Origin: Ruditapes philippinarum
Taxonomy: Eukaryota
Length of the DNA stretch: 64,000 nucleotides
Direction: 5' to 3'
Assembly (NCBI RefSeq): GCF_026571515.1
Contig: NW_026854272.1
Coordinates: 124,001-188,000, forward strand
Shown here: piece after piece, positions 1 through 14,286 of the stretch
Numbering within the stretch: the stretch's first letter is position 1
Layout of the letters: each line of letters begins with the position of its first letter
Translations under genes and position numbers: made by a program
The notes under the pieces: model-generated
The model's database searches: none
Seen by the model: only the letters and a program-made list of their open reading frames with translations
What the model was told of the DNA's origin: nothing

Positions 1-3000
1 GTCTGTGACAGGTGATGTCAGTGCATGTATTTTAATCCCCGATATGTTTCGTCATGACCGCCAAAAAAAATAAAAAAATCACAATCATTAAAACATAATC
101 AATCGACACTGGGACCAAAAATTGACCAATGTATAATTTTATAATCCATTTTGATTTTTGATACATAAAATATATTTGAATATAAAAAGTCATTAAAAGC
201 ATCCCATGAGTTTTATTAACCCCAAATGATTTAACAGATATAGAATCATACTTTTCCTAATGAAATGTTCTTTATATGTACAAAAAGCTCATATTAAAAT
301 GTCACATAATTTATAAGACTCACATTCAGTTAATCCAGCAAAATTCATTTCCACAGTTTTTTAATTAAATGTGAAAATGTTTCATGGGAGTGGCTAAGTG
401 GTCAAGGTATCTGTATTGTCCTCAATCTAGAGATCATGGGCTTGAGCCCAACTTTGACCACCACCTCCTTTTATTGGTTTGATATGTAATAGACCCTTAT
501 ACTATTTAATTTAATTTGAAAGAGCATGTTTCATATATATTGTTTAATCTCAAATGTTTTATCATGATAAATTTTCAATAGGATTGAAGGTTCAATTGAA
601 TGAAATAAAATGTTTTTCAGTATATTTATAATACAAATCAGGAAACAGGTAGCTTTACAGATTTGGCTATAAGCCGATGATTTCTAGACATACTGACTTT
701 AGCTAATATATAACTTCCAGGCTGTCGGAAACCTTAACCGAAAACTGGCAAACCCAGGTCAGGCTATGACGCTATATTCTACACTGTAACTCTTAAAAAC
801 CATTAACTTCAAATATAAAGTCCGCCAAAATTAGATATCTTATACACCAGTGGGTGGGACATAAGATACCATACTTTACCCACAACATCGGTTTAAAACG
901 CAATCCCTAATTAAACACAACGGAAGACACATTGTTTATCTATTGATAACTCGAGACAAATAACAATTTTTCTGGTCATGATTTTAAAAAGAACATCGGA
1001 GATGACTTTTAAAAGGAGACGAATGGACTTGACTGATAATGTACACCGTAGTTTGGGCATATGATAGTTTTATTTGTCATGGGGTGATGACTAAATAAAG
1101 AGACGTTTATATGGTGTATGAAAAATTAAGATTTAATCGACTGATATTAACTCCCAAGACAAAGATCTTGTTCAGATAGTCATCATAACCTGCTTGAGTA
1201 GTAATTTGAAAACAATTTTACAAGAACAATTCTTAAATGTAATGATAAATCATTTTGAAATAAATCAAACAAAGAATAATAGGCCTACAACTTTGATATT
1301 ATTGACTGTTTTAACATAGTGAACAAATGAAAATGGTCATTAAAGAAATAACATCTTTTATGCTTTTCATCAAAACACTGCCTGTTACATAAGTCAGTGT
1401 TCAATTATTCAAATAAAAAAATAAGTTGTGAATAAATGTCAATCAATTTATAATTTGAAAAGTTCACTATAAAGAAGTCAAATAAGCTAAATTTATGTAC
1501 AATTGACAGGCTCCAAAGAATACGACTAAAATATTGGTATACATAGTATAAAATCCATATTAAACACAAATTATTAATTCCCAAGAAAGAAAAATGACCT
1601 CTGATAATATTTAAACATGATCATATTATAACTTAATGTGAAAACCCATTTTTTGTGTAATTGTATGGTTTTTTGTGATGTTTTTTTTAGTCTCATTTAT
1701 AATCATTAATAACTTATCCAATCTAATAAAATTTACACAGAAATCCATTATGGAAATCCTACTACAACAAACATCAACAACAACAATAACAACAACATCA
1801 TCATACTAGATTAAACAAGAAAATCACTTACAAATATTTCTACATTTAAGTCCACTTGTTGTTAAAGTTCTAATACATTTAAAAAGTTGTCTCTTCAAAC
1901 AGTTTCATAACAATGATTTGAAATATATTCTTAAATCTGGTATATAAATAAAACAAAAATTGCCCATTTCTACCATTTAAGGTCATATAACTGCCACCTT
2001 GATGTAATGGCAAACTTGAAAACCTTAATTAGACAGATAAGGGGCAAAGATCTCTTTCAGGTTAATGCAAAGAAAATTGATGACTTTATGGCATTTTGGC
2101 CCATTACACTGATTTTATATAAGATACAATTGTAATTTAAAAAACATTTAAGTGTAAGAATGATGTCATTTGACAGGGATTTGAAAGCATATATTAAAGA
2201 TTAAAGTAATAAAACATCTCATTACAACACCGTAAAATTGTCACAGAAGTGTTAATATGGTAATCAGTTTCTATCCTTGGAAAAAGTGTTTTATGGGAAC
2301 TGTTTAAGTGGACTTTTGCCATCTATACAAACTCTTAAAATGGAGAAATATTTCCATGACATAATATATAGAGCCATTTTAATCTATTAATTGTTAAGTT
2401 GTTAAAAGTTTAAATATTTCCACTGCTGTTGTTTTTCTTTTATGAAAAAAGAACCAACTGAGGTTTTTTGACATAAAACATAGTATATTTATTCAAGATT
2501 TTTATAAAATTTTATAAATATCCATACTAATATCAAGACTTAGTGTGCAAATTTTCAAACTTTTCGCTCGCTTAATTTTTTCCAGAATAATAATTTTTGA
2601 AGTGCAAAATGGCCTGAGAATGTAAAATATCTATAGTTTATTTATGCTTTCAGCTCAAACTGGACTAAGAATGGCACTAAACATCAATTTTCAATTAATT
2701 CTGAGTATATTTCTTTATAATTACGTTTATTAAATTTTTCTATTTCAAGTGCCCCGGATGATCTATGTAATAGATGTATTTCCAGGCTTTTGGACTTCAG
2801 TAAAACTCTTTATTTACTTCTTTTTTCTTAAATGTACAAATAATTTCAGTTTATTTAAAAGAGTCTTCATGATTATAATATATTTTGAACAGTATTCAAT
2901 ATGAATATATTATATTTCATTAATTAAATTGTCTGGTCATTTAGTAATTACTTTCTTTTTGCTTGAAAGAAATAAATCAATTATTCAAAACCTAAAGAAA

Positions 3001-3825
3001 AACTTTTTACTATCTTTAAATATTTATGAAACAGAAAGGTGAGTTTTGTCTTTTAATTTTATTATATAGAAGCAAGAGGGTAAAGACAAAACAACTGAAA
3101 ATTCATTTTTAGCAATAATGCTATCAATGGTTTTCTATTAACTTTATATTTCTAGGAAAACCTTAAAAATCTTCATTTATCAAAGATACAGTCTTAATAA
3201 ACCACAGTTTAATTATACCATAAAAATCAGACCTAAACCCTAAGGGGCCAGATATTTCTATTGATAAACTTTGATTTTTACAATAAAACTTGTCAGATCT
3301 ATCAATAACAGTGTTCAAGATTTCCCAAGAGTCAATGGGAAGTCCTTTATTTTATTGACTTCATCAAAATACTCTTCAATGACGGAGGTCATCAATACTC
3401 TTCAATGACAGAGGTCAATAACATGTATTTTTAAGTAATTATTGTTATTATTTTGTATGACAAGTGGCTACTGAATGACTGATCCATGTTTTCACTACCC
3501 TCGTAACAGTATTGTTCAGCCTGACATTGTACATGGTGTCATCAAAAACAATATTTAAACTTACATGGATGGATAGACAATATACCTCCGAAAATATATA
3601 CTAGTTTATGCAAATAATACACGTAGGAAGTTTTCTAAAAATAGAAAATCAAAATATTGTAAGGAGAGCATGATAATATAATGAAAACTAGTTCATGTAT
3701 TAATTGAAACTTTGAATCTTTTTCACTAATACACCAATCAAAATTTTCATTAAAATTATATTTTCATTATGATTATTTAATCATTTTAACAAACAAACTA
3801 TTTCCTGCAAAAAAAAAGAGTTATA

Positions 3826-4702
3826 CAGTGAAAGTTGAGAAAACCGGACGGCTCTCGGACCGAGGGTTTTGTCCGGTTTTCTCAGCGGTCCGGTATTCTC
3901 AATGTCCCCCACAGCTGTTCAGGATCATATAAACCGAGCAATGACTTACAAAGGATGCTGAACGTATATTTGCATTTTCATGATTATGAGTAAGTATATT
4001 GCTAAATAAAGAAATGATAAAAATACTATACAATATGTTTTAATTGTTTTTGTCCCAATTATTGCATACAAATACATTTAAACGAACAGCAGTTACCTCA
4101 TAACGATAAAGTCCGATTACACCCGCATATGTTTACATTTGGATAATGGATAATAATGTAACAAACATACATGTAGTTTACCTAGTTTGTTCATAATAAT
4201 GCCCCAATAGTAAATATTGCCTATAACATATTTGTCAGATAAAGATTTTTAAAGTAAGTCTTGGCAAAGTTTCACTGTCTTTAATTAATTTAAATTTGTC
4301 ACTTATAGACAGTTCTCGTCAACTGATTTTAACTTATCAATGCCTCGTGCATTTTGGCATTTATATAAAACGGTAACATCTATACCTTAAAATAATTCAA
4401 ACTGTGAAATGAGACATAATTAAACAAATCAGACAATCATTGTTCTGCTACCGCTCAGTTAGCGTATTAGACACGTACACAAGGTTATTCACACCTTCGT
4501 TGTCCGGTATTGTCAGGGTAATTGTCTATATAATTGACTTTGTAGTCCCCTATCAACCGTCCGATATTCGGTTTTTACAGATTCCGGTATTGTCAATGTT
4601 TAATACAATAGTTTAAAGAAGGGAAAATTTGGGACTGAATTATTCGTCCAGTATTTAGAGAGTTCCGATTTTCTCAGCGTCCGGTTTTCTCAAATTTCAC
4701 TG
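3826..4702. mobile_element. Non-autonomous Tc1/mariner (pogo/Tigger-like) DNA transposon, 877 bp
   Basis: 25-bp TIR CAGTGAAA(G/T)TTGAGAAAACCGGACG with 1 mismatch; TA on both sides (3824-25, 4703-04); subterminal TCCGGT(A/T)TT repeats; no transposase ORF. Confidence 0.9.
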
Positions 4703-4949
4703 TATATATCTTTTGTCGAAGGGTGCCTGAGTATTAACTGCTCTTTACAAACTTTTTACCCCTACCCCATCCAATGTCAACAGTCCAGTGCAAAATGTTC
4801 CTACTCAATTTTAGCATAGGTATATAAATATTATTATAAAACCTTCTGACTTGGCTTAAATTCTCTGTAGATTCTTCATTAATTGCTCGAATATTGCCAA
4901 AATACATTTTTTCTCATAAAAAATGAACAGTTACAAGAAAAATTGCATT

Positions 4950-5253
4950 GGTGGTGGTGTTGGTAGTTTTCCCGAATTACAACAGTAAGCCACATTGAAT
5001 TTACCAGAGCACAGTTCAACCACCACATCGTTCCTGGGCAGGCTGTCAAGCAGTTTACCAGTACTAGTTGCCTTCACTTTCGAAAGGAACTGAAACTTCT
5101 GTACATGTCAGAGCAGAGGTACAGTGTGAATGACCGTAGAAAGAATTTCATGATCAATCACAACGAAAGTGACCTGCACTGTCCGGGAATCGAACCGGGG
5201 TTGCCCGATTCACAGTCCAACACTCTACCTATTGAGCTAACAGTACGGCTGGG
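4950..5253 (-). mobile_element. tRNA-derived SINE with Meta-like core, full length
   Basis: On the minus strand: tRNA head (TAGCTCAATAGG, GGTTCGATTCC), core GATCATGAAATTCTTTCTACGGTCATTC, (ACC)n tail. Exact 11-bp TSD AAAATTGCATT at 4939-4949 and 5254-5264. Confidence 0.9.
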
Positions 5254-6711
5254 AAAATTGCATTTCTTTTTTCTCTAAATTATAAAGTACAAATTACAGT
5301 ACAAAATCATATTAAATATCTGCCACATTTTAAATCATGCATGTCTAATAGAGACAAATAAACCAACTTAACTATGTTGAAATTGAAGTTGTTGTTATAA
5401 TTTGTATAGGAAATAAAGAGCAAAGGTGTTGATATTATCTGGGATAAAAAAAAAACCCTCATAAAATAACACCATCACTGTTCTGCTAAACAAGAAAATT
5501 GATGTGCAAATTATTGGCTTTTTTTCAGGTTTTATATTTTGTCGTTTAAATATTTTATCAGCTATTAAATATGTCCATTATCAAGACAGTGGCACAGCTT
5601 CGGAAGCCGCGTCAAAATTCCGAGAGATACTCATCTACATGCATGAACAGTAATTCGAAGCTAACAGCTGTTTTAAAACAACCTTTGATGCTCATTTTAA
5701 ATATCAAACATCGTTAAACAAATGGTTGATGATTTACTTAATATTGTCATCAGTATGGTGAATGTTTCAAATCAAAGCTTCATATTGCACACAGTATGGT
5801 GAATGCTTTTAAATGACAGGTTGCATTTAACTTTTCATGAAACTCATGATTTTATGTATATAACATACATGTAATACAATTCTGTTAAAACTTTCTCTTT
5901 AAAGACAATTTTGATGAAAAATCAAATTGAAATGTTACCATTGCTTAATTTTAAAGTATTATAGCCAATCTCAGGCTTCTACTAGAATTTAAAGCTTTTA
6001 ACTGTTTTTACAACATTTAACAATCATTTTGACAGTTTAAAAAGCTTATGGCAATAGACTTAGTGGTTACCTGTTAAATTATAAGTGAAAGTCTTTATTT
6101 CAAGAAGGGAGCCACTTCTGACAGAAAATATTGCCCCAACAAAATGAAAGTTATTGACTCTTTTTCACATATTTCATAGAGACCTTATCACTAAAACCTT
6201 ATGTTTAAACTTGATCTCAATTCATCAAATAGGTTTTTAAGTGCATCACCAGGTCCACTTCAGGCTCATAATGCAAATTTATTGAAAAGCTAATTGAAAC
6301 TTCTTATCACTTTGTCAAAAAGAAATGACAATTTATTGTCCCCTAATTTATGGGCAGTGGACACCATGGGATCATTTTTCAACCCCCTTCTGTCAAAAGG
6401 GACACGCACAGCCAGTCTTTCTGGCTACAGTGAGGGCACTGTTGACCAGTATTTAATGGCAGGGTCATTATTTACACACTGGCAGGGGATGAATTGTTAA
6501 AATATGAAGTGATTTTTGAAAAGTTACAATTATGATTTTCTATTTAGTACATCTGACACAGAAAAGTTTTCCAATGTTTGTGTTTTCTTTTTCTATTGTC
6601 ATCATAATTAAAGGGGCATAGGACATCATGCTACGTAGATACAACAACCTAAGGATGTGTTCCAAACCTTTTTACAAGAGCCTGTATTCATAAACATTTT
6701 AGGTCAAAACT

Positions 6712-6975
6712 TTGAACCCTTTCCTACCATGCTAAATATCTTAAAAAGACTGGTCCATCTTTCAATCTAGACAAAACCATTCATAATATCTTGGTAAAAT
6801 TTCATATTTCTGGATAGAGAACAGTGCAGACCATGTTCAGACAACACAGATTTGCTGACAGATAGATACTTTTTGTTCCTCCAATATTGAAGATCATACT
6901 TGATGATCTTGGCCTGCACTGGTCACATGGGTAGAATGACTAGAATCTGTTGCTGCCCACAGGCCAAGGGTTCAA
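6712..6975. mobile_element. ~200-260 bp MITE family with (TTAA)CCCT...AGGG(TTAA) ends (piggyBac-like) and an internal palindrome
   Basis: Shared core aacagtgcagaccatg...ggtctgcactgg. Further copies at ~7269-7451, 19695-20200 (SINE-interrupted), 22245-22426, 30236-30416, 35634-35850, 53082-53180 and 60395-60545. Confidence 0.7.
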
Positions 6976-7512
6976 GTTGAACCATTTTTTTTTCTACTTA
7001 AAATAAATACAGTGGTTACAGAATAAGGGAAATAGTAGAAAAAGCAGAAAATAGATTTCAGCAATAGTAGTAACAACAAGGTAAATTTCCTCAATCACAA
7101 AAGTAATCAAAATAAACCACATCTTTATCCACAATTACGTTTGAATAAGTTTTATAGACTTATAAAATATGGAGTTTTCTATAAAATAAAACTTTACATT
7201 CATAAATATGTACTGAAAACTTTTGTGTTATTTAAAATCAAGGATGTATATTAGATTTCCCCTGCTTCTTGACCCTTAACCTGCTGCGGTTTGCAACAAA
7301 TTCTACCTATAAAACCAGTGAAGACACTGTGCTGCTGCACTGTTTGCTATTCGATCAGTACATATTTTGAAAATTTCCCTTAAAATGATGAATGGTTTAG
7401 TACAGATTGAAAGATGGACATGAAGATTTAAGATATTCAATGTAGAAAGGGAGGTTCAAAATACAAAATGAAAAGCATCACCATCAGGCATTATAACTAC
7501 AAACAACCGTAC

Positions 7513-10500
7513 CTCTTTTTTTCCTCTCTAATCTTGCTGTCACAGCCTCATTTAGAATTGTCATCCACACTTGCTGTCCTACGTCCATCAGAACTATCCA
7601 AATACTGCAGACAAATTAATATCATAACAACAAAATATTTTCATAAAGAATTAAACAAGTCAAACTGTATCATATTTGCACTTTTGAAGTTATCAAGTCC
7701 AATTAAACATTTTACATTGTATCTGTAGGTATAAAATTAAGTTATTCTCTTCCATTTTGCTATAAAATCAATGTTTCTCAAAACATGTTTCCGCGTACAA
7801 AGGCGCAAATATTGTCATTGCACATTTAATTTTCAAGTGATTATTACATTTGTATTTAGTACTATTTACACAATTAACACTAATTGTAAGTATTCCTTAT
7901 ATAAAGTTTTGTTTGCATGTACTTTTCAATTCCACCACTGATGTTTATTTAATGCAAAGTTCCGTAACTATCAAATACCAGAATAGTTCAACATTTATTT
8001 GACGAATAACGATCAAATCTATGAGTACAAAATTAAAGCCATGATCTTACTAAAGTAAAACCACCCACAGTTTTTTTTCGGTTCAGAAAAGAAAGCACTA
8101 AGTAATCTAAAAATCAAACTTTAGAAACCACTTTGTTCCTGTATTGTTTCATTAAAAATTTGATAGCATCCATGCATTAAATAAGCTTCCATATCCATAG
8201 TATGTTTGCAAGGAAAATAATACAAAACGGGTTTGATATTACATGTTGTGAGCCCGAACGATTTGTTCAAACTTAAAAGGAAGAAACTAATACCTTGATA
8301 GCCGATTGTCAGGGAAGACGGCCATTTTTTCTGCAGGTACAGAACAGTTGCTACGGTAACATAATCCAGTAATGAATCGGTTTCTTGCAATAACAAGTTA
8401 TTTTTTTATCGTACATCATTCTGAAATTGCGAACCAAGTACAAATTATGTCATGATTTAGCATCAAGATCACTCAGGCCTATAATCACAATTTTCAATTA
8501 ATTCTGCTGATATAAATATTTTATGAAAATGCTGAAATTTCTAAAGGGATGCATACATCATTAATATCACAAGATGAAATCTGGATAAAAGATTACATTC
8601 TGTTATTTATTGAGAAATATCTAAACTCGAAGCCATTATCAAATGTAATTTATTTCTCTCATTAAACTCTTAAACTGAGAATTCCCAATATATTCTTGGG
8701 CATGTTATCAGACATTTTTATTTACATTACTCTATGAAAACATTCATATGGAGTTACATGTGACAATAGTCAAAATATATTGATGTGCCAAAGCTAGATT
8801 CTGAGATATTTTTGTTCTGGGTCAGAATCTCGCTTCAAGAGGAGATATTGCCCATACACAAAAAAGCACAATATCACAATGCCTAGTACAATTTGTTGGT
8901 CTACATGTGACAAGTATGCAAATGTGCCAATTTTTACTTATTCAGGGGCTATAACTCTGCTAAACTCAAATGACAAATTATCAAGGGGCTTAAATTCAAA
9001 TGATGAAAGTTCCAAGACTAAAACAATTTGGATTTTCACGCTAATTTGAAATCTGTGTAATGGACATGGAAGCCTCTTTATTCTACTGTTTTGGCAGGTA
9101 CAGACGGACAGCCTGGCAGTAGGATTGTGACAGCATACAGACAGATGGACAAGGACTTATCTATATGTTACCTCCTTGTATTGGGTGCAAATACAAAAGA
9201 ATAATCTCTGTCCAACAAATGATTCCTTCCAAGTGTTCACCACTTACAACACATTCCTAATATCTCTGTATCTATTTGTTGAAAATGTACATGTTTCAAC
9301 ACAAAGTCAATGTTCTTTGTCAGTTTTAAAGTCAAAGTGATCCAGGTTAATGTTATTTACATTATAAGGCAGATCTGATTTTGGTAAAGTTTCAGGTTAT
9401 CTTACCATTTTGAAGTCTCAGTCCCTGATTTTTTGAGACAAAAATAAAATTCAATAACACTTCAGTTCCTCATCATCTGTCAAGGTGACCTTGGGTCATT
9501 GTTTTAGCAGTTATTTCTTGGAGCCATCAGTCAGATCACCTGAAAAATATAAAATGATGTGAAAAAATGTTAAACTCTTAGGAAATGTTACAAATGTATA
9601 ATGATGGTCTAACAATACATGTACATTGTTTTGGGTTTTTTTGGAAAATTTTGAAATTGTAAATCACTCTATAACTCAAGTTCTTGAAATACACATACAC
9701 TTAACAGATCTTAAAAGTGTGTATATATAAATGGTCCCATACAATTGTGTCAATTTTGGTACTATAATGCTGAAATTTTCACCTCATTATACCAATTAAG
9801 CAGTAAGCAGTTGTATTGCAGCTACTGTGTAGCAGGAGACACAAAAATCATTAACAGGTCAAAACACATTTTTTATTCAAGGGTCAAATGGACAGACAAA
9901 TGACTGAGAAAAGATCCCTATATGTTGCAGCTTCTCTGTAGCTTGTGTGACATAAAAATGCAAACCGACAGATCATCACAGGGACACGCGTAAATACACA
10001 AAACCAACTTTAGAGCTACCAATAAAACTACTAAATGGTAAAAAATTTTGTTTTACTAAGACCAGTTGTTTTCTACTGTCCTTTGTTACATTTAAGAAAT
10101 AAATAATCAGATTAACCAAACTGTTGTTCTTGGTGAACGTACTAAAACTTCCACACATTTTCACATGCCATCTTCACAATAAGTACCCTTTATTTCACAA
10201 TTTGTTCTACAAGAAGTGATAATCACCAATATATCGCCTTCTTATCACTAATTATTCTTCCATAATTTGGTTCCTACACATTCTTTTATGATGTTTTTAG
10301 TACTTGTATCATAAAAATGTTCATTACTTCTAAACAAAGGACCGCAACCATTGACAGAAACTTAATGAATTGAACGTTATGACTTCACAAGTAGTGGTTG
10401 TTTTATGTTTGTTTCCCAGAAATTTTCAACAAATTATGCAAATAATTGTCATTGTCTCATATGGTATACACAGACAATATAGGTCTTAAAACCTACTCAT

Positions 10501-13080
10501 TAAACACCCTTGAAACAAAAGAAATTGATACTATTGTTGTATTGTTGTGAGTAAATTTCTCACTTCCAGTCATCCAAAATTATGGGCTATTACGTAATAC
10601 AATAGCTGTAAAAAAGTTTGTTGTAACTATGCAACTTTAACTTTCAGATGGTAATGCAAGAACTGACCCCTAACCTAATGCTGGGTTTCTAATGTGGACT
10701 TGTTTGGCTACCAAAATTTTGGAGATATGAAAATGGAAATTTTATGAACTGGTCAGCCAACAGTTTAGAGTCTGATCAGACTGTACAGTAATTAACTGTT
10801 GTTTTTAACATGTAATCTTACAAATAGAAAATATTTTAATAGATTCATTTGCATCATTAGATTAACTGATTTAACTAATTAAAATTTTTCATTATATTGG
10901 ATTTTTAGCCGTAATGAGGATCTTTGTCATTGGACAATATGAAGACAACTACTCTTCAGTGGTGGTGTTGGAAGTTACCCTCCAGTTCACTGCAACAAGC
11001 AACCTGAATTCACCAGAGCAAAATTCAGCCATCATATTATTCCTGGGCATGTGGTCAAGCAGTTTAGCAGTTGAAGCGCCTTCACTTTCACATTGAACTG
11101 ATATTACATCAGTCTGTATATGCCAGAGCAGAGACAAACAGTGTGAATGACCAAAGAAAGGTTTCTATGATGAATCACAATGAAAGTGATCTACACCATC
11201 TGGGAATCAAACCTGGGTCACCTGATTCAAGGTTCACCGCTTTACCAACTGAGTTTACCAGGCGATGCCTAACTGCTCTTTTTCAAGCAAACTGAAATTT
11301 ATCCTTTAACTAGCCCTCTTAATTAACATTAAAACAAAACAAGATGCAGTAAAAATTTGTGATACTGGTAAACAAATATAAAAATATGACAAATCCCTAA
11401 TTTATTTGGGGTTAATTCTGTCAATAGTAATGAAAAACTAAAATTTTCCAAATACTTCCTTACTATGAAAGCAGCTACATACATGTATTCAAAAAAAAAT
11501 TTCTCTTTAATCATCAGAAAAATAGCATTCATCTTTTTTCAACTCTTTTTAAGAAGCTGGTATTTCGGATAATTTTTTGACATGTATCAATGGGGGTAAT
11601 TAAGTCATTGTACAAAACACAATGTTAGTGCCTCTTCACTGACCACAATAATACCAGGGCACGCTTGAGGACATACTCTTAAATTAGAAACGTCTTTATG
11701 TAATCCCTCAGCAGGGACACCATTCATGGTCAAGCACCTATTCGAAAGCTCTTGTCCCCTCGGCCATTGTGACTTCTGAGCTTGTAGCCAATTAATCAAC
11801 AATCCTACTAAATAACGCAATCTATTTCTTAAAGGAAATGGTCATTACACGCTGACATTACCTAAAGGGAGAATGACTTTCCCCTCTTCAATTGCATTGA
11901 TTGGACTGGGACACTATTATAGGACTGGTAACCTATAATTTTCACAACTTTAGAACCAGTCCAAAGCAGAAGGGTACACCATAATTATAGCCTGCTGAGC
12001 AGACTGGTTTTAAAGGCCCTAAAATGGCGGGTGGCTCAATTTTTGCAATTGAAAGTAAAGATATAAACATGAAATTGTATCATAAACACTTGGTTTTTAG
12101 TGCTGCTTATGTAATTGTTATGTATCAAATGGGCCAAAAAGGCTAAATTTACTAATGAAATGTCATGAAAATGGGCAATAATTCAAATAAAGCTGTGTCA
12201 GCTTTGAAACTTTAAATATACAAGTGTGTACTAAGATAAATTTGAATTTGTAAGTTAACCATGTCATTTTGACATTGCAAAACAATTTTCAAAAAACAGA
12301 AAACAAATTTAATGATAAAAGAAACATCAAAAAATCTATTTCAATATACAAATATAGGTTCAAAGAATTTGAAATTGCTAGAAAATTCTATCATAATTGT
12401 TCAGTTTAATTCATTTTAGAATATAAAAGGTACCAAAAGCCTGAAAACATACAACTTTATTTTTTTTTACATTCATCAGACTGCAGGGAACATAAACGCA
12501 AAAGACGTGTAAAAGGTATTAAACAAATAAAAACACATATTTAGAATTTACTGAAAATGTATTTTGTGCAATTCTTAGCCCCATTTTAGTTCATTGGGTC
12601 ATTTTTATAATGAAAACAATTATTCAAGAAAAAAAAACTGATTAGACCACAACGCAAGCATTGAGCATGTAACATTACAGTTGTAAATGCATCTTTTATA
12701 ATCACTTGAATGTATAAAAGTTCTCAAAACAGCTTTTTCTCTTGCAAAAAGTTTTGAAATTGAATTGGAAAGGCGTGGAAGTTTGCTTTTCTGTGTTTTC
12801 AGCCAATAGGTCTCCAAGTAATACAATGGTGTCAAATATTCAATATCTTTTATGCCATTTATATGTTGACTGCATTAGAAATAATTAATTCTTCCCCTCC
12901 ACATGTAAAACTTCAAATTATAGCAATATTTGTTATATCAGGTAATTTCTTTTTTTTTCTCTAACGTCCTGTATTCATGTCGATTTTACCTTGATCCTCA
13001 TTAGCTGGAAACATGATTGAACGATTTCCGACATTCCTGCCGTTATTTCTGTTGCCGTTTAATGAGTCGAAAAGGGTACT
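7513..13080 (-). ncRNA. Putative spliced transcript with only short ORFs (lncRNA or uORF-rich leader); exons ~13080-12990, 9539-9406, 7604-7513, possibly continuing at 3804
   Basis: Consensus splice sites: CAAG|gtaaaa (12990), atttttcag|GTG (9539), AATG|gtaaga (9406), ttgtctgcag|TAT (7604), AGAG|gtacgg (7513), tttttttgcag|GA (3804). CpG-richer region near 13.0-13.5 kb. The 5' end is approximate. Confidence 0.35.
10957..11270 (-). mobile_element. Second copy of the same SINE family
   Basis: Colinear with 4950-5253; TSD AACT(A/G)CTCTT at 10947-10956 and 11271-11280. Confidence 0.88.
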
Positions 13081-14020
13081 AGGTAAAGCAACGTAAACCA
13101 TGAATGAATGCAAGTGTCATCTATAAAAGAATATCCCTAGCATATAAAATTGATTCAAATTACCTGCCCACATGTCCAACGTCCACTTAATAAAAATATT
13201 AATACAAGGAAGGCGTCCAAGTTTAGCCCAGTTTGAACCCTTAAGCCGCGATTTCCTTTCCATCTCAAATAGGTGACGAAAATTGAGTTTAAAAGGTGAC
13301 AACAACTAACGGCTAAAGCTTTTTATGGCGATCTAATACACTGTAAAATCAACTTAAAGTCAATGGACAATTCATCCCTCCCAAGTTATTAATTTTCATG
13401 CCCATCTTTTCATTTTCTGTCAAAAAAGACCAACTGCTCGATTAAGATTGCCGATACATGTTATTTTCTCTCCTATCAAATGTATTGCATGTCAAACGCC
13501 CATTAACGGCCAAAATCCCTAATATGCAGAATTATTGTACACTGAATCATAAAGAAACCATTTACTGAATTAAAACCATCATTAAATAAATATTAAGTTT
13601 CACAGGCAAATGGACATTAGGAAATTATTGATAAAATATTTTTGCACTATAAAATTTTTGTAATTATTTTTGGATCAAAGAGGTCAGCTCGCGTTGTGAA
13701 CTGGCATGCAACTGCGGTCAGATATCATCAATGTGGTATTTTACTCCATTTCATGAATGACGATACTTTTATAAATGAAGTATTTGTTTCTATGTTTACA
13801 AAATACAAACAAATACTGGCCATTGTGAGAATGTAAAACATTCTATTTGTAGAATGTATAAAAAAAAATTTGTTTTGTTATGATCAAAATTAAAATGACC
13901 TTAAAAAATGTTAACACTGTACAAAAGAAATCAGCTTTTTTTATTATAATATTTATTTATTAATAACTAAGATAATACTGGCTTGAAATTGTGTACAGGT
14001 CTTGCATAATATGTAATAAT

Positions 14021-14286
14021 TTGTTTTTCTGTTGTCCTTTTATGCCACTTTCAACACATGTTTGTCATATCTTGGTGTCAGATCCACCTTAAACCGGCTT
14101 CAATGGATAACTAACCAGTAATTACCAGTTTCTCTGAAAGTGACCAACTATTTATCCACATAATAAATGGTCATTCGATTCAATGTCCAAGATCAACTGT
14201 TACAGAGAAATTACACTTTGCCAGAGGATTGCACCTGAGCAAGCCCCGGGTTAATTATCCGATGCTCTCTCTACAGAACTATACAG
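14021..14286 (-). mobile_element. Degenerate tRNA-SINE relic
   Basis: Eroded tRNA-like head near 14286, weak core similarity, and T-rich tail near 14021. Confidence 0.4.

Noticed and set aside
10914-11295. Three overlapping short ORFs
   Set aside because: Essentially coincide with a SINE copy.
11560-12840. Possible DNA transposon relic
   Set aside because: Looks repeat-like, but I could not define TIRs or a TSD.
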